Positions 47,161 through 57,153 of a stretch of 64,000 nt of DNA are shown in pieces. The stretch spans positions 64,001 to 128,000 of the forward strand of contig JAXHMG010000002.1 in the NCBI GenBank assembly GCA_034521595.1, given 5' to 3'. Made by a program: the position numbers and the translations under genes. The notes beneath the pieces were generated by a model, which was not told where the DNA came from, ran no database searches, and worked only from the letters and a program-made list of their open reading frames with translations. The stretch's first letter is position 1. Each line of letters starts with the position of its first letter. This DNA comes from Gemmatimonadota bacterium (GTDB taxonomy: Bacteria > Gemmatimonadota > Gemmatimonadetes > Longimicrobiales > Gaopeijiaceae).

Positions 47161-49139
47161 GCCCCACGGCGAGAACGACCGGGCAGCAAGCCGCACCGGA
47201 AGGCGAAGCGCGCGCGGGCCCCGTACCCCACGCCAACGACTTCGCGCTGAAGATCGCCACGGCCAATGGGACCGGCTCGGCGAGTGCCAACGGGCTCCTC
47301 ATGAAGACGATCTTCCGCATGGGGATCCCCGTGTCGGGTAAGAACCTCTTTCCGTCCAACATCCAGGGGCTCCCCACCTGGTACGAGATCCGGGTGAGTG
47401 GCGAAGGACACACGGCGCGCCGGGCCGAGTTCGACCTGATGGTGGCGATGAACCCGGCCACGTACGAGCGGGACGTCCGGGAGGTGCGTCCCGGGGGATG
47501 GGTGCTCCACGACTCGAGCTGGCCGCTGCCGGAGGAGTTTCAGCGCAACGACGTGACCTTCCTCGGGGTCCCGTTGGCCCGGACGTGCAACGAGCGGTTC
47601 GAGGGCGCACGCGCACGCATCCTGCTCAAGAACATCGCCTACGCCGGAGTGCTCGCCGCGCTCCTCGACATGGATCTCGCGGTGATCGACACCCTTCTGG
47701 AAGAGACGTACGGCCGCAAAAAAGCGCTGCTCGACTCCAACTTCGCGGCGGTCCGCATCGGTCACGACTACGCTCAGGAACACTTCGACTGCCCCCTTCC
47801 GTTCCGCCTCGAGCCGAAGGAGGCGACGAAGGGACACATCCTCATCGACGGCAACACAGCCGCCGGGCTCGGGTGCGTGTACGCCGGGGCGACGGTCGCC
47901 GGCTGGTACCCCATCACGCCCTCGACCTCGCTCGTGGACGCGTTCACGGACTTCTGCGACGAGCTCCGCAAGGACCCGGACACAGGGAAGAATCGGGTCG
48001 CGATCGTCCAGGCCGAGGACGAGCTCGCCGCGATCGGCATGGTGGTCGGGGCCTCATGGATGGGCGCGCGGGCCTTCACGGCCACGAGCGGGCCGGGCAT
48101 CTCGCTCATGAGCGAGTTCATCGGGCTCGCCTACTACGCCGAGATCCCCGCGGTCATCTTCGACATCCAGCGGACGGGGCCCTCCACCGGGATGCCGACC
48201 AGGACGCAGCAGGGCGACCTCATGACGGTCGCGTACGCCTCGCACGGCGACACCCGACATATCGCGCTCTTCCCCGCGCACCCCGGTGAGTGCTTCGACA
48301 TGGCCGTGGAGTCGTTCGACCTGGCCGAGCGCTATCAGACCCCCGTGTTCGTCGTGTCGGATCTGGACATCGGGATGAACGACTGGGTCGTTCCGGAGAT
48401 CCGGTGGGACGACGCCTACCGGCCCGACCGGGGCAAGGTCCTGGGCGCCGAGGAGCTCGAGAAGATCGAGAAGTTCCACCGGTACCTGGACGTGGACGGC
48501 GACGGCATCGCCGCGCGCACCCTACCGGGCGTGCACCCGAAGGGCGCGTTCTTCACGCGCGGCTCGGGACACGATCGCTATGGAGGCTACACCGAGGACG
48601 CGGACGCCTACACGGACGTCGTGGACCGGCTCGACCGGAAGATCGCCGGGTCGGTGGCGCGCACGCCCAAGCCCGAGGTCCACGCCCGAAGCACCGGACC
48701 CGACGGCCGCATCGACGACCCGGCGCCCATCGGGCTCGTGACGCTCGGCGGCTGTCGCGCCGCCGTCCTGGAGGCCCGCGCACGACTGGCCGAGCGCGGC
48801 CTCGAGGCCGACGCCCTGCGCATCCGCGCTTTTCCCTTCGCTCCGGAGATCGGGCGTTTTCTCGAGAGCCACGAAGAGGTGTTCGTCATCGAGCAGAACC
48901 GCGACGCGCAGCTCCGATCGCTCCTGGCGCTCGAGACCGAGTTTCCACTCACGCGGATGACGTCGGTGCGTTCATACGGCGGGTTGCCGCTCAGCGCGAA
49001 GGAGGTGATCGAAGCCGTGGCGAACGCGGTCGAGAAAGGTGGAGCGGCTTCGACCGGGGAGGCGGAGCAGGTCGACTCGGGAGACATCGCCGCCACCGGC
49101 GCTCCCACAGCGGAATCCCGTAGGAGGAAGCGCGCATGA
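47157..49139 (+). CDS. 2-oxoacid:acceptor oxidoreductase alpha subunit
   Basis: FPSNIQGLPT, WYPITPS, QAEDELAA, TATSGPG, QRTGPSTGMPT. Confidence 0.93.
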   Translation: MSPTARTTGQQAAPEGEARAGPVPHANDFALKIATANGTGSASANGLLMKTIFRMGIPVSGKNLFPSNIQGLPTWYEIRVSGEGHTARRAEFDLMVAMNPATYERDVREVRPGGWVLHDSSWPLPEEFQRNDVTFLGVPLARTCNERFEGARARILLKNIAYAGVLAALLDMDLAVIDTLLEETYGRKKALLDSNFAAVRIGHDYAQEHFDCPLPFRLEPKEATKGHILIDGNTAAGLGCVYAGATVAGWYPITPSTSLVDAFTDFCDELRKDPDTGKNRVAIVQAEDELAAIGMVVGASWMGARAFTATSGPGISLMSEFIGLAYYAEIPAVIFDIQRTGPSTGMPTRTQQGDLMTVAYASHGDTRHIALFPAHPGECFDMAVESFDLAERYQTPVFVVSDLDIGMNDWVVPEIRWDDAYRPDRGKVLGAEELEKIEKFHRYLDVDGDGIAARTLPGVHPKGAFFTRGSGHDRYGGYTEDADAYTDVVDRLDRKIAGSVARTPKPEVHARSTGPDGRIDDPAPIGLVTLGGCRAAVLEARARLAERGLEADALRIRAFPFAPEIGRFLESHEEVFVIEQNRDAQLRSLLALETEFPLTRMTSVRSYGGLPLSAKEVIEAVANAVEKGGAASTGEAEQVDSGDIAATGAPTAESRRRKRA

Positions 49140-50191
49140 CGCATATCGCCAAGCCCAGGGTCCGGCACCCCGGCCTCCCCACCAACGAGCTCGGGCTCAC
49201 CCGCCGCGACTATGAAGGCTCCATGTCCACCCTGTGCGCCGGGTGCGGCCACGACTCCATCACGGCCGCGGTCATCCAGGCCGCCTGGAGCATGAGCCTC
49301 GAGCCGCACCGGGTCGCCAAGCTGAGCGGCATCGGCTGCTCGTCCAAGACGCCCACCTACTTCATCGGGGAGGCGCACGGGTTCAACGCGGTGCATGGCC
49401 GCATGCCCTCGATCGCGACCGGCGCCCAGGCGGTCCGGCCCGACCTGACCTACATCGGCGTCTCCGGTGACGGCGACTCGCTCGCCATCGGGATCGGTCA
49501 GCTCTGCCACGCCATCCGGCGGAACGTGGACATGCTCTACCTCCTCGAGAACAACGGGGTCTACGGGCTCACGAAGGGTCAGTTCTCGGCATCGGCGGAC
49601 GTGGGCTCGAAGGCCAAGAAGGGGCGGGTGAACCGGCAACCGCCCATCGATCCGCTCCTGCTCGCGCTCGGGCTCGGAGCGACGTTCGTGGCGCGTGGCT
49701 TCTCCGGGGACAAGGCCCAGCTCGTGCCGATCATCGAGGCCGGCATCCGCCACGAGGGGTTCGCGTTCGTCGACGTCGTCTCCCCGTGCGTGGCGTTCAA
49801 CGACCACGAGGGCTCGACCAAGAGCTACCGGTACACGCGCGAGCATCTCGAAGCGGCCGTGGAAGCCGACCTCGTGCTCCCGATGGCCGAGATCACGACC
49901 TCGTACGATCCGGGCACGGCCCGGGAGGTCCCCCTCCCCGACGGGAGCTCCGTCCTCTTCCGGAAGGTGCCCGAGGACTACGACCCGGAGGACCGCGACC
50001 AGGTCGACCGCTACATCCGGGCCCGGCAAGCCGAAGGCGAGATCCCGACCGGGCTGCTGTACGTGGATCCGGATGCCCCGGACCACAGCGAAACGATGGA
50101 GCTGGACGACCGGGCGCTCGCGGACGTGCCGTGGGAGGAGTTGTGCCCAGGAAGTGGGCGGTTGGAGGAGGTCCTGGCGGGGTTCAGGTAG
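49136..50191 (+). CDS. 2-oxoacid:ferredoxin oxidoreductase beta subunit
   Basis: CAGCGH, SGIGCSS, HGR, TPP motif GDGD..NNGVYGLTKGQ, SPC. Confidence 0.93.
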   Translation: MTHIAKPRVRHPGLPTNELGLTRRDYEGSMSTLCAGCGHDSITAAVIQAAWSMSLEPHRVAKLSGIGCSSKTPTYFIGEAHGFNAVHGRMPSIATGAQAVRPDLTYIGVSGDGDSLAIGIGQLCHAIRRNVDMLYLLENNGVYGLTKGQFSASADVGSKAKKGRVNRQPPIDPLLLALGLGATFVARGFSGDKAQLVPIIEAGIRHEGFAFVDVVSPCVAFNDHEGSTKSYRYTREHLEAAVEADLVLPMAEITTSYDPGTAREVPLPDGSSVLFRKVPEDYDPEDRDQVDRYIRARQAEGEIPTGLLYVDPDAPDHSETMELDDRALADVPWEELCPGSGRLEEVLAGFR

Positions 50192-50292
50192 AATGGAGAG
50201 ATTGGGATGATGGACAAGCGTGAGCCCACCCGCGGCCGTTGTTGCGAGGCGAGCGACGAGGCCCCCACGCGCCCCTCCAAAACGAGAACAAG

Positions 50293-50508
50293 ATGAAGAA
50301 AAACATGGGCACTGCCGACCGGGCAGTCCGGCTCGTCATCGCGTTGGGTATCGGCGCTGCGTACGTCACCGGAGTGATCAGCGGTACGCTGGCAACGGTT
50401 CTCGCCGTGGTCGCCGTCGCCTTCTTCGTCACGAGCGCGGTCGCTACATGCCCGGGATATCTTCCTTTCGGCCTCTCGACCCGAAAGCAGCCCCCCGGAT
50501 CGTCGTAG
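50293..50508 (+). CDS. DUF2892 (YgaP-like) membrane protein
   Basis: MKKNMGTADRAVR..CPGYLPFGLST. Confidence 0.85.
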   Translation: MKKNMGTADRAVRLVIALGIGAAYVTGVISGTLATVLAVVAVAFFVTSAVATCPGYLPFGLSTRKQPPGSS

Positions 50509-50528
50509 CCTAAGGCGGCCACCACCCC

Positions 50529-51368
50529 ATGCGACCGTACCGACCCGCGAACCCGTCGGACCCGCGACGTCGACGCCTACCCAGCGCGCATACCGTTCTC
50601 CTGGCGCTCGGCGCCCTCGTGCTCGCCCCGGTGGCGTGCGGCGACGACCCCACGGGTCCCAATGGCACGACCGACCCCGATTCCGACGGCGATGAGCCGT
50701 ACGCGCACGATCTGGCGCCCGGTGCCTCGGCCCACGACCTCCTCGCCGACGACACCTTCGAGCACCTGATCGTACAGATCCAGTACATCGAAGGCGCCGA
50801 GCCCACGGACGAAGGACTCACGCACCTCGAAGAGTTCCTCGAGGCTCGCCTGAACAAGCCGGGCGGAATCGAGCTCCGCAAGGACGACGCCCCGATCGCT
50901 TCCGGGTCGGGTCCGACGTACGGGGCCGCCGACGTGCGCGACCTGGAGGAGGAGCATCGGACGGTCTACACGTCGGGGGACACGCTCGCCGCCTACCTCG
51001 TCTTCCTGGACGGTGAGCACGAGCAGGAAAACGTCCTCGGCATCGCGTACAACAACACCTCGACCGCGATCTTCGGGGAAAAGATCCGTGAGCACACGGG
51101 GGGAACGTTCGAGCCCGACCGGTCCATGGTCGAAGGCACGGTCGCCAACCACGAGTTCGGCCACATCATGGGACTCGTGAACAACGGCACCGAGATGCAG
51201 GAGCCGCACCAGGACGAGGACAACGGCCACCACTGCGACGTGGACAGCTGTCTGATGTACTTCTCGGTCCGGACCACGGACTTCCTGGACAACCTCGTGG
51301 GCAGCGACGAGCCCCCGGACCTCGACCGGAGCTGCCTCGACGACCTGGCGGCGAACGGCGGGAAGTAG
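50529..51368 (+). CDS. Zinc metallopeptidase lipoprotein
   Basis: Lipobox VAC; HEFGHIMGL, HC..CLMY. Confidence 0.75.
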   Translation: MRPYRPANPSDPRRRRLPSAHTVLLALGALVLAPVACGDDPTGPNGTTDPDSDGDEPYAHDLAPGASAHDLLADDTFEHLIVQIQYIEGAEPTDEGLTHLEEFLEARLNKPGGIELRKDDAPIASGSGPTYGAADVRDLEEEHRTVYTSGDTLAAYLVFLDGEHEQENVLGIAYNNTSTAIFGEKIREHTGGTFEPDRSMVEGTVANHEFGHIMGLVNNGTEMQEPHQDEDNGHHCDVDSCLMYFSVRTTDFLDNLVGSDEPPDLDRSCLDDLAANGGK

Positions 51369-51476
51369 GCTTCGCCCGCGGCTGGACTTCCCCGCCCGCC
51401 CGCGGCAGACTAAGGCGTTCGGTGCCGACCGCCACCCCAGAGCGCCCATGCCGCCCAGCCCCGCGAAAGCCACGCG

Positions 51477-53258
51477 ATGACCACACCCGAGTGGATCCTC
51501 GTCGGGGTGTTCGTCGGGACCATAGGCCTCATGTTCGGGACCCGGCTGAGGCCCGACGTGGTGGCGATCCTGGCGGCCTTGTCCCTGGGTCTGCTCGACA
51601 TCATCCCCGACGGCGGGGTGTTTCAGGGACTCAGCAGCACCGTCGTGCTCACGCTGATCGGTCTCTTCATCCTGGCCGAGGGACTCGAGGACACGGGCGT
51701 CATCCGGTGGGCCGCGCAGCGCCTGTCCACGCTCGGCGAAGGCGGCGACCGGCGGCTCCTGCTCACCTTGATGGGCACGGCCGCGCTCCTGTCGCTGGGG
51801 ATGAACAACGTGGCGGTCGGCGCCCTCTTCCTACCCGCCTCCATCCGTATCGCGCGATCCTCGGGGATGCCGGCCTCGAGCCTCCTCATGCCCGTCTCCT
51901 ACGCGACGCTGCTCGGAGGCATGGCCACGATCTTCACGAGCGCCAACATCATCATGAGCGACCTGCTGCTGCAGCAGGGATCCGAGCCGCTGGGAATGAT
52001 GGACTTCGTGGTTACCGGAGGCCTCGTCGCGGTCGCGGGCATCGCCTACATGCTGACGTTCGGCTACCGGCTCCTGCCCGAGCGCGAAAAGGAGATCGAG
52101 GATCCCTACGGGGACTTCTTCGGGCTGTACAAGCTCGGTGAGCGGTTCTGGGAGTTCGAAGTGCAGCAAGGCTCTCGACTGGACGGCAAGACGATCGAGG
52201 AGATCGGGTTCCGGGAGCACTTCGGCCTTTCGGTCCTGGCGATCCGGCGCCGGGCGCGAACCTTCCTGGTGCCCGGCCCGGGAATCGCGATCGTGCCGGG
52301 TGACCGCGTCGTGGTGCTGGGGCACAAGGACCGCGTCCGGGAGCTGGTCCCGTGGGGCGTGGAGCTGCGCACGGGCATCTCTCCGGGAGACCTGCAGGAA
52401 GAGCTCGAGCTCACGGAGATCGTGGTGCCCCCACGCTCACGCGCGACCGGCCGTACGCTCACCGAGCTGGAGCTGCGCACGAAATACGGGCTGACCGTGC
52501 TCGCGCTCTGGAGGGAGGGGCGCATCATCCGGACGGACGTGGGCAAGACACCGCTCGAGATCGGCGACGGGCTCCTGGTCGTGAACCTACCCCAGCGGCT
52601 GGACGCGCTCACCCGCGGAGGGGACTTCCTGCTCGTCGGCAGCTCCGGGGCCGCGCCCGAACGGCCCGAGCGCGCGCCGCTCGCCGTGGCGATCTTCGGC
52701 CTCGTGGTCGCCGTCGCGTTCACCGGCCTCCTCCCGATCGGCGAGACGGTGCTCGCCGGCGCGATGGCCATGATCCTGACGCGCTGCGTCACGATGGAGC
52801 AGGCGTACCGGTCCGTGGAGTGGCACGTGATCTTTCTGGTCGCGGGCCTGCTTCCGCTGGGCTTCGCGATGATCGATACCGGCCTGGCCGACAGGATCGC
52901 CGGAGCGTTGGGCGACTTCCTGGGGACCGGCCGGCCGCTGCTCGCCGTGGCCACGATGTTCGCCGTGAGCGCGGGAGCCACCCAGGTCATCGGCGGTCAG
53001 GTGAGCGCCCTCCTCGTGGGGCCGGTCGCGCTGGCGGTCGCGACGACCTCGGGCGTCCCGCCACAACCGATGGCCGTCGCGGTCGCGATCGGAGCATCCA
53101 CCGCCTTCATGACGCCCATGGCCCACCCCGTGAACGCCATGATGATGGGAACCGGCGGCTACCGCTCGCGTGACTTCGCCCGCGTCGGGGCGGGGATGAC
53201 CCTGGTCACGCTGGTCACGCTGCTCGCGGGCATGTGGCTCTTCTGGGGCCTGCGGTAG
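51477..53258 (+). CDS. SLC13/DASS permease with two TrkA-C domains
   Basis: MNNVA, TSANII, FMTPMAHPVNAMMMGTGGY; two internal RCK-C domains. Confidence 0.9.
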   Translation: MTTPEWILVGVFVGTIGLMFGTRLRPDVVAILAALSLGLLDIIPDGGVFQGLSSTVVLTLIGLFILAEGLEDTGVIRWAAQRLSTLGEGGDRRLLLTLMGTAALLSLGMNNVAVGALFLPASIRIARSSGMPASSLLMPVSYATLLGGMATIFTSANIIMSDLLLQQGSEPLGMMDFVVTGGLVAVAGIAYMLTFGYRLLPEREKEIEDPYGDFFGLYKLGERFWEFEVQQGSRLDGKTIEEIGFREHFGLSVLAIRRRARTFLVPGPGIAIVPGDRVVVLGHKDRVRELVPWGVELRTGISPGDLQEELELTEIVVPPRSRATGRTLTELELRTKYGLTVLALWREGRIIRTDVGKTPLEIGDGLLVVNLPQRLDALTRGGDFLLVGSSGAAPERPERAPLAVAIFGLVVAVAFTGLLPIGETVLAGAMAMILTRCVTMEQAYRSVEWHVIFLVAGLLPLGFAMIDTGLADRIAGALGDFLGTGRPLLAVATMFAVSAGATQVIGGQVSALLVGPVALAVATTSGVPPQPMAVAVAIGASTAFMTPMAHPVNAMMMGTGGYRSRDFARVGAGMTLVTLVTLLAGMWLFWGLR

Positions 53259-53261
53259 AGG

Positions 53262-53792
53262 CTACCCGCCCAGGATGTCGACGAGGAAGCGCACGCTGAG
53301 GGAGAGCGCGGCGTGCCCGTGCCACGCGCCGTCCCCGTGTAGCGCCCCGACCTGGAGGGCCGCCACGTCGGCCGCCTCCAGGAGCGCAGCGGGTCCGATG
53401 ACACCGACCGGCACGTAGGACGCGGCGAGGAGCCCGACGTAGCCCGGCACGGTCCGTCCCGTCCGGTAGAGCAGGCCCCCGTGCACGTACACCAGGGGCT
53501 CGAGGCTCCGGTCGGAGTCGGCGGGCGGAGCTCCGTTCACTCCGGCTGCGAGCATACCCGACAGGTGCCAGGCGCGGGTCGGTGCCTCGACTGGACCACC
53601 CCCGGGGCGACCCGGCAGCGGCAACGGCGGGGCGGCACCGAGGGGCCGGCGGACCTCCGCTCCGAACACGCCGCCTCCCACCTGCCCCGCCACCCAAGCC
53701 GCCTGGGCACGCCAGGACTGGGCCTCGGAAGCGGTCGGCGCCGCGAGCGTCGTGGCCACGACGGCCACCCCGAGGACGAGGCGCGTGTTCAC
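53262..53792 (-). CDS. Exported hypothetical protein (beta-rich)
   Basis: GTG overlapping the upstream TGA; signal peptide ending SEA-Q. Confidence 0.6.
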   Translation of the reverse strand: MNTRLVLGVAVVATTLAAPTASEAQSWRAQAAWVAGQVGGGVFGAEVRRPLGAAPPLPLPGRPGGGPVEAPTRAWHLSGMLAAGVNGAPPADSDRSLEPLVYVHGGLLYRTGRTVPGYVGLLAASYVPVGVIGPAALLEAADVAALQVGALHGDGAWHGHAALSLSVRFLVDILGG

Positions 53793-55000
53793 GTGACGTC
53801 TCCCGCATCGACGGAGGGTGGATCCACCGAAGGCCGGGCCACCGACGGCGGTTCCACGGCGGGCGGCCCCACCTCGGGCACGCTCGGCACCTCCCCGTGG
53901 AACGAAGAGTCCGGCGGCCGGACGGGTGGCGCCGTGGGCGGCGGCGGTGCATCGGCGCGCAGGAAGCGCCGGGTGGCGTCGAGCACCTCCGGATCGTTGC
54001 AGAGGAATGCGTGCGCTTCGGGGCTTCCCGTCAGCTTCACGACGCGGTCGCCGTACGGCGGGCCACCCCATTCGAGGGTCGCACGATACGGTACGAGATT
54101 GTCCCCCTGCTCCCGTCGGGCGTACTCCTGCTCGGGCGGAAGCGCGTCTCCTTCACGCCTCACCTCGACCGGCGTGAGCTGCCGCTTACCCAACAGAGCC
54201 ATGGCCATGGTTCCCGAGCCCATTCGGGCGAACGGGCCACTCAGGAGGGTGGCCGCCTCTCGCGCGCGAAGCAGCAGGTCGCTCTGGATGCCCTGGCCGA
54301 ACCGACCCGGCCACCCCCCGTCGTGCATCAGCTGCTGCTCGTCCGAGGCCGGCTCGGCGTCCGGCCCGACCACCGCCTTCCACGCCGGTAACATCTGGTA
54401 GAGGGCGGGCCAGGTCAGCGCCATGCCGCGGGCGGCCACCCGATGTTCGGACCCCAACCCCTCACTCCCCCAAAGAAGCGCCTCGGCCGCGCGCAGGGCG
54501 CCGGCGAGCGGCGCACCCACGAGCACGACCCGAGCGACGAGCCGCGAGAACTCGTTGATATCGAAGGTGAGCTTGCTCGCCAGGATGATGACCAGGCCGC
54601 CTTGAGAGTGGCCGATCAGGTTGAACCGTCCGTCCCGGGGCTTGTTCGCCCGCATGTGCTCGAGAAGGAGCTGCGCGTTGTAGCGCACATCCATCCGCCA
54701 GTCGTAGGGCCACGGCTCGGCGAAGGAGAGCATGCGCTCGTACGGAGTGCCCACGACCGACTTCGTCGTCACCTCGGTACCGGGCTCGAGCGAGGTGCGG
54801 GTGGGCTTCCAGGAGTCCGGGCGCTGCTCGAGCGAAAGGAGTCGCTCCCACTCCTCGGGCGGTCGCCCTCCCATCTCGTCGCCGTGAAGTCCCAGACTCA
54901 CGCGCACCGCGTTGTAGACGACCGTTTCGTGTTGGTCCCAGAGCGAGGTCGCCTGGGTCCCGGGGACGAGCAGCGTGTGATCAGGCACGATGGCCTCCAA
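53789..55000 (-). CDS. Alpha/beta hydrolase, lipase/LCAT-like acyltransferase
   Basis: LVPG, PYDWR, GHSQG nucleophile elbow, GAPLAG, GDNLVP, H. Confidence 0.8.
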   Translation of the reverse strand: MEAIVPDHTLLVPGTQATSLWDQHETVVYNAVRVSLGLHGDEMGGRPPEEWERLLSLEQRPDSWKPTRTSLEPGTEVTTKSVVGTPYERMLSFAEPWPYDWRMDVRYNAQLLLEHMRANKPRDGRFNLIGHSQGGLVIILASKLTFDINEFSRLVARVVLVGAPLAGALRAAEALLWGSEGLGSEHRVAARGMALTWPALYQMLPAWKAVVGPDAEPASDEQQLMHDGGWPGRFGQGIQSDLLLRAREAATLLSGPFARMGSGTMAMALLGKRQLTPVEVRREGDALPPEQEYARREQGDNLVPYRATLEWGGPPYGDRVVKLTGSPEAHAFLCNDPEVLDATRRFLRADAPPPPTAPPVRPPDSSFHGEVPSVPEVGPPAVEPPSVARPSVDPPSVDAGDVT

Positions 55001-55042
55001 CGGAGGGAGTATCTCGCCGGGCGCCTCCGGGACGGACCCGGT

Positions 55043-56527
55043 TCACCGTACGCCCACCCACCCCTTCACCGAAGCGAACAATTCTTCCGCAGAGTAGCCC
55101 ACGCCGTCCTTGAAGACCAGCCGCGTGCCGCGGAACGCCGCCAGGTCCTCTGTCGGATCACCCACGAGCAGCACGAGGTCTGCACGCTTGCCGGCCTCCA
55201 CCGTTCCGATCTCGTCTTCCTGCTCCAGGTAGATGGCGCCGTTCCGTGTCGCGACCTCCACGGCCTCCTCGACCGTGAGACCCATCTCGACGAGGAGCTG
55301 GAGCGCCCGCTGGTTCGCGTACCCGGGCACCACGTCGCCCCCGCCCGTGGGATCCGTGCCCACGACCAGGTGCCCCCCGGCGTCGTAGAAGGCCTTCTCC
55401 ATGGCCATGTACCGCTCGAGCAGCGCGCCCGCCTGGTTGTCGGGCTCGTCCGCGCGCTCGAGCCGGGCCTCGACCCGCTCCCGGAGCTGCGGGAGCATGG
55501 CCTCCAATGCCCCTTCCGGCGGCGGAGGCCGGTCCGGCGCGCGCCGCTCCACCACGTTGAGCGTCGACGTGATCGCGACGTCGTGGTCGATCAGGTGATC
55601 GATCACGTCCGTGAACTCCGGACTCGCCAGGTCCAGATCGAGGTAGCTCTGACTCGCGCCACGCGGGCATTCATCGGGCTGCTTGTCCGCCACCCAATCC
55701 GTGGCCGCGAAGAAGCCGTGCTCCAGGTTGTCGATGCCGAGGTCGGCCGCCTCACGGTAGGTGATCGAGCAGAGGTGCCCCGTCACCTTGATGCCCCGGG
55801 CGTGCGCGGCCTCGATCGCGGCTCCGAGGGTGGCCCGGTCGATGAGGTTGTACGCCTTGAACGAGGTAACGCCCCGGTCGGCCCAGAAGTCCACGTGGTC
55901 GCGGGCCTCCTCGGGTGTCGACAGGGAAGGGAACGCCCAGATGAAGCCCCCCGGCCCTTCCAGGTAGGGGCCGGTCACGTCCATGTGTGGCCCCGGGATC
56001 CGGCCCGCTTCGATCTCCCGCCGGATGGACAGGTCGGTGTACGGATCGAGGCTCCCACCCGTGCGGATCGTGGTCGCGCCGCCGGCCAGATACAGCGGTG
56101 GAAACGACACCTGGTTCGTGTTGTACCGGGTCTCGCCGGACGGATAGAACATGTGCTCGTGGAGCATCACCAGGCCCGGCATCAAGGTGTGCCCCTCACC
56201 TTCGATGACCTCCGCGCCCGAGACCGAGTCCAGCTCGGCCGTCGGCGCGACACGCGCGATGCGCCCGTCACGGATCTCGACGGACATGCTCGAGCGTGCC
56301 GGCCCGCCCGTTCCGTCGATCAGCCGAACGTCGCGAATGAGCACGTGCGATGCCGAGATGGACACGAACTCCCGGACGTCCTCGGCAAGCGCCTCGTAAG
56401 GCTGAGCCGCCGTGGGTGCCGCCGTCACGGCCCAAGCGGCCACGGTCACGACCGAAATGGCCACCGCGCCGAGGGCGCCATCCCACGACGCTCTGAACCG
56501 ACCCTCCGATTTGCCGCTCATGCGCAT
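55043..56527 (-). CDS. Amidohydrolase family protein, exported
   Basis: PGLVMLHEH, FKAY, TGH, LEHG, GTD, GKRADLV. Confidence 0.9.
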   Translation of the reverse strand: MRMSGKSEGRFRASWDGALGAVAISVVTVAAWAVTAAPTAAQPYEALAEDVREFVSISASHVLIRDVRLIDGTGGPARSSMSVEIRDGRIARVAPTAELDSVSGAEVIEGEGHTLMPGLVMLHEHMFYPSGETRYNTNQVSFPPLYLAGGATTIRTGGSLDPYTDLSIRREIEAGRIPGPHMDVTGPYLEGPGGFIWAFPSLSTPEEARDHVDFWADRGVTSFKAYNLIDRATLGAAIEAAHARGIKVTGHLCSITYREAADLGIDNLEHGFFAATDWVADKQPDECPRGASQSYLDLDLASPEFTDVIDHLIDHDVAITSTLNVVERRAPDRPPPPEGALEAMLPQLRERVEARLERADEPDNQAGALLERYMAMEKAFYDAGGHLVVGTDPTGGGDVVPGYANQRALQLLVEMGLTVEEAVEVATRNGAIYLEQEDEIGTVEAGKRADLVLLVGDPTEDLAAFRGTRLVFKDGVGYSAEELFASVKGWVGVR

Positions 56528-56534
56528 CACACCC

Positions 56535-56999
56535 TCAGCGCTCCGAGAACTGGAGCTCCGTCGTTACATCGATCGCCTCGTGGATGCTCAGATATACGGG
56601 ACACTTCTCCTTGTGGAAACCGTGCACGCGCTCCGCCGTCTCACGATCCTGCTCGCCCGCCTGGAGCTCGTATACGACGTGGATGCGGCGGACCACCATC
56701 ACGCCACCCTCCTTCTCCACTTCGCCACGCGCCCGAGCCTTCAACGTGCCCTCACTCGCCTTGATCCCGCGCGCCTCCAGCGCGCCTCCGAAGGTTCCGG
56801 CCAGTCAGCCGCCGGCCGCGGCGATGAGGTAATCGATCGTTGTGGTGGTCTCCTTCTCCGGCGTCACTCCGTAGTGCTCGGCGATGGCGCCATGCACCCC
56901 GAACTCCACCGGCCCGTCGTGGGCCGGCAGCCAAGCGTGACGGTAGGGGCCCGCGATGCGCTCGATCGGGATGTCTGTGCGATAGACGACTTCGGACAT
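56535..56999 (-). CDS. OsmC-like protein with in-frame TGA (probable selenocysteine)
   Basis: ORFs 56805..57017 and 56535..56744 are in the same frame; read-through gives DYLIAAAGG-U-LAGTFGGALEARGI...HKEKCPVYLSI; GAGGAG RBS before ATG 56999. Confidence 0.8.
56769..56785 (-). promoter_or_regulatory. Candidate bacterial SECIS hairpin
   Basis: GCGCGC-TGGAG-GCGCGC 20-36 nt downstream of the TGA. Confidence 0.5.
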
Positions 57000-57153
57000 G
57001 ATCGGCTCCTCGTTCAAGGGCGGGCGTCCGGATCTTGCCGAGCGCCCATGGGGAAAGGGTCAGAGGCGATGGGCGACCGCGCAAGGTGACCGATCGAACC
57101 CTCGCCCGCCTCGCGAGTATCCATATTCCCGTCACACCGCTCAGGCAGAGCCC

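Noticed and set aside
54443-56764. 773-aa plus-strand ORF, and similar shadows at 27027..29099, 57850..59589 and 59294..61594
   Set aside because: Opposite-strand shadows of well-supported genes
56535-57017. Two separate small genes or a pseudogene
   Set aside because: Same frame, single TGA at the conserved Cys position and a downstream hairpin favour Sec read-through; a nonsense mutation is not fully excluded
57080-57120. GTGACC...GAGTAT as a fourth ECF promoter copy
   Set aside because: Spacer is 23 nt instead of 15 and both elements mismatch
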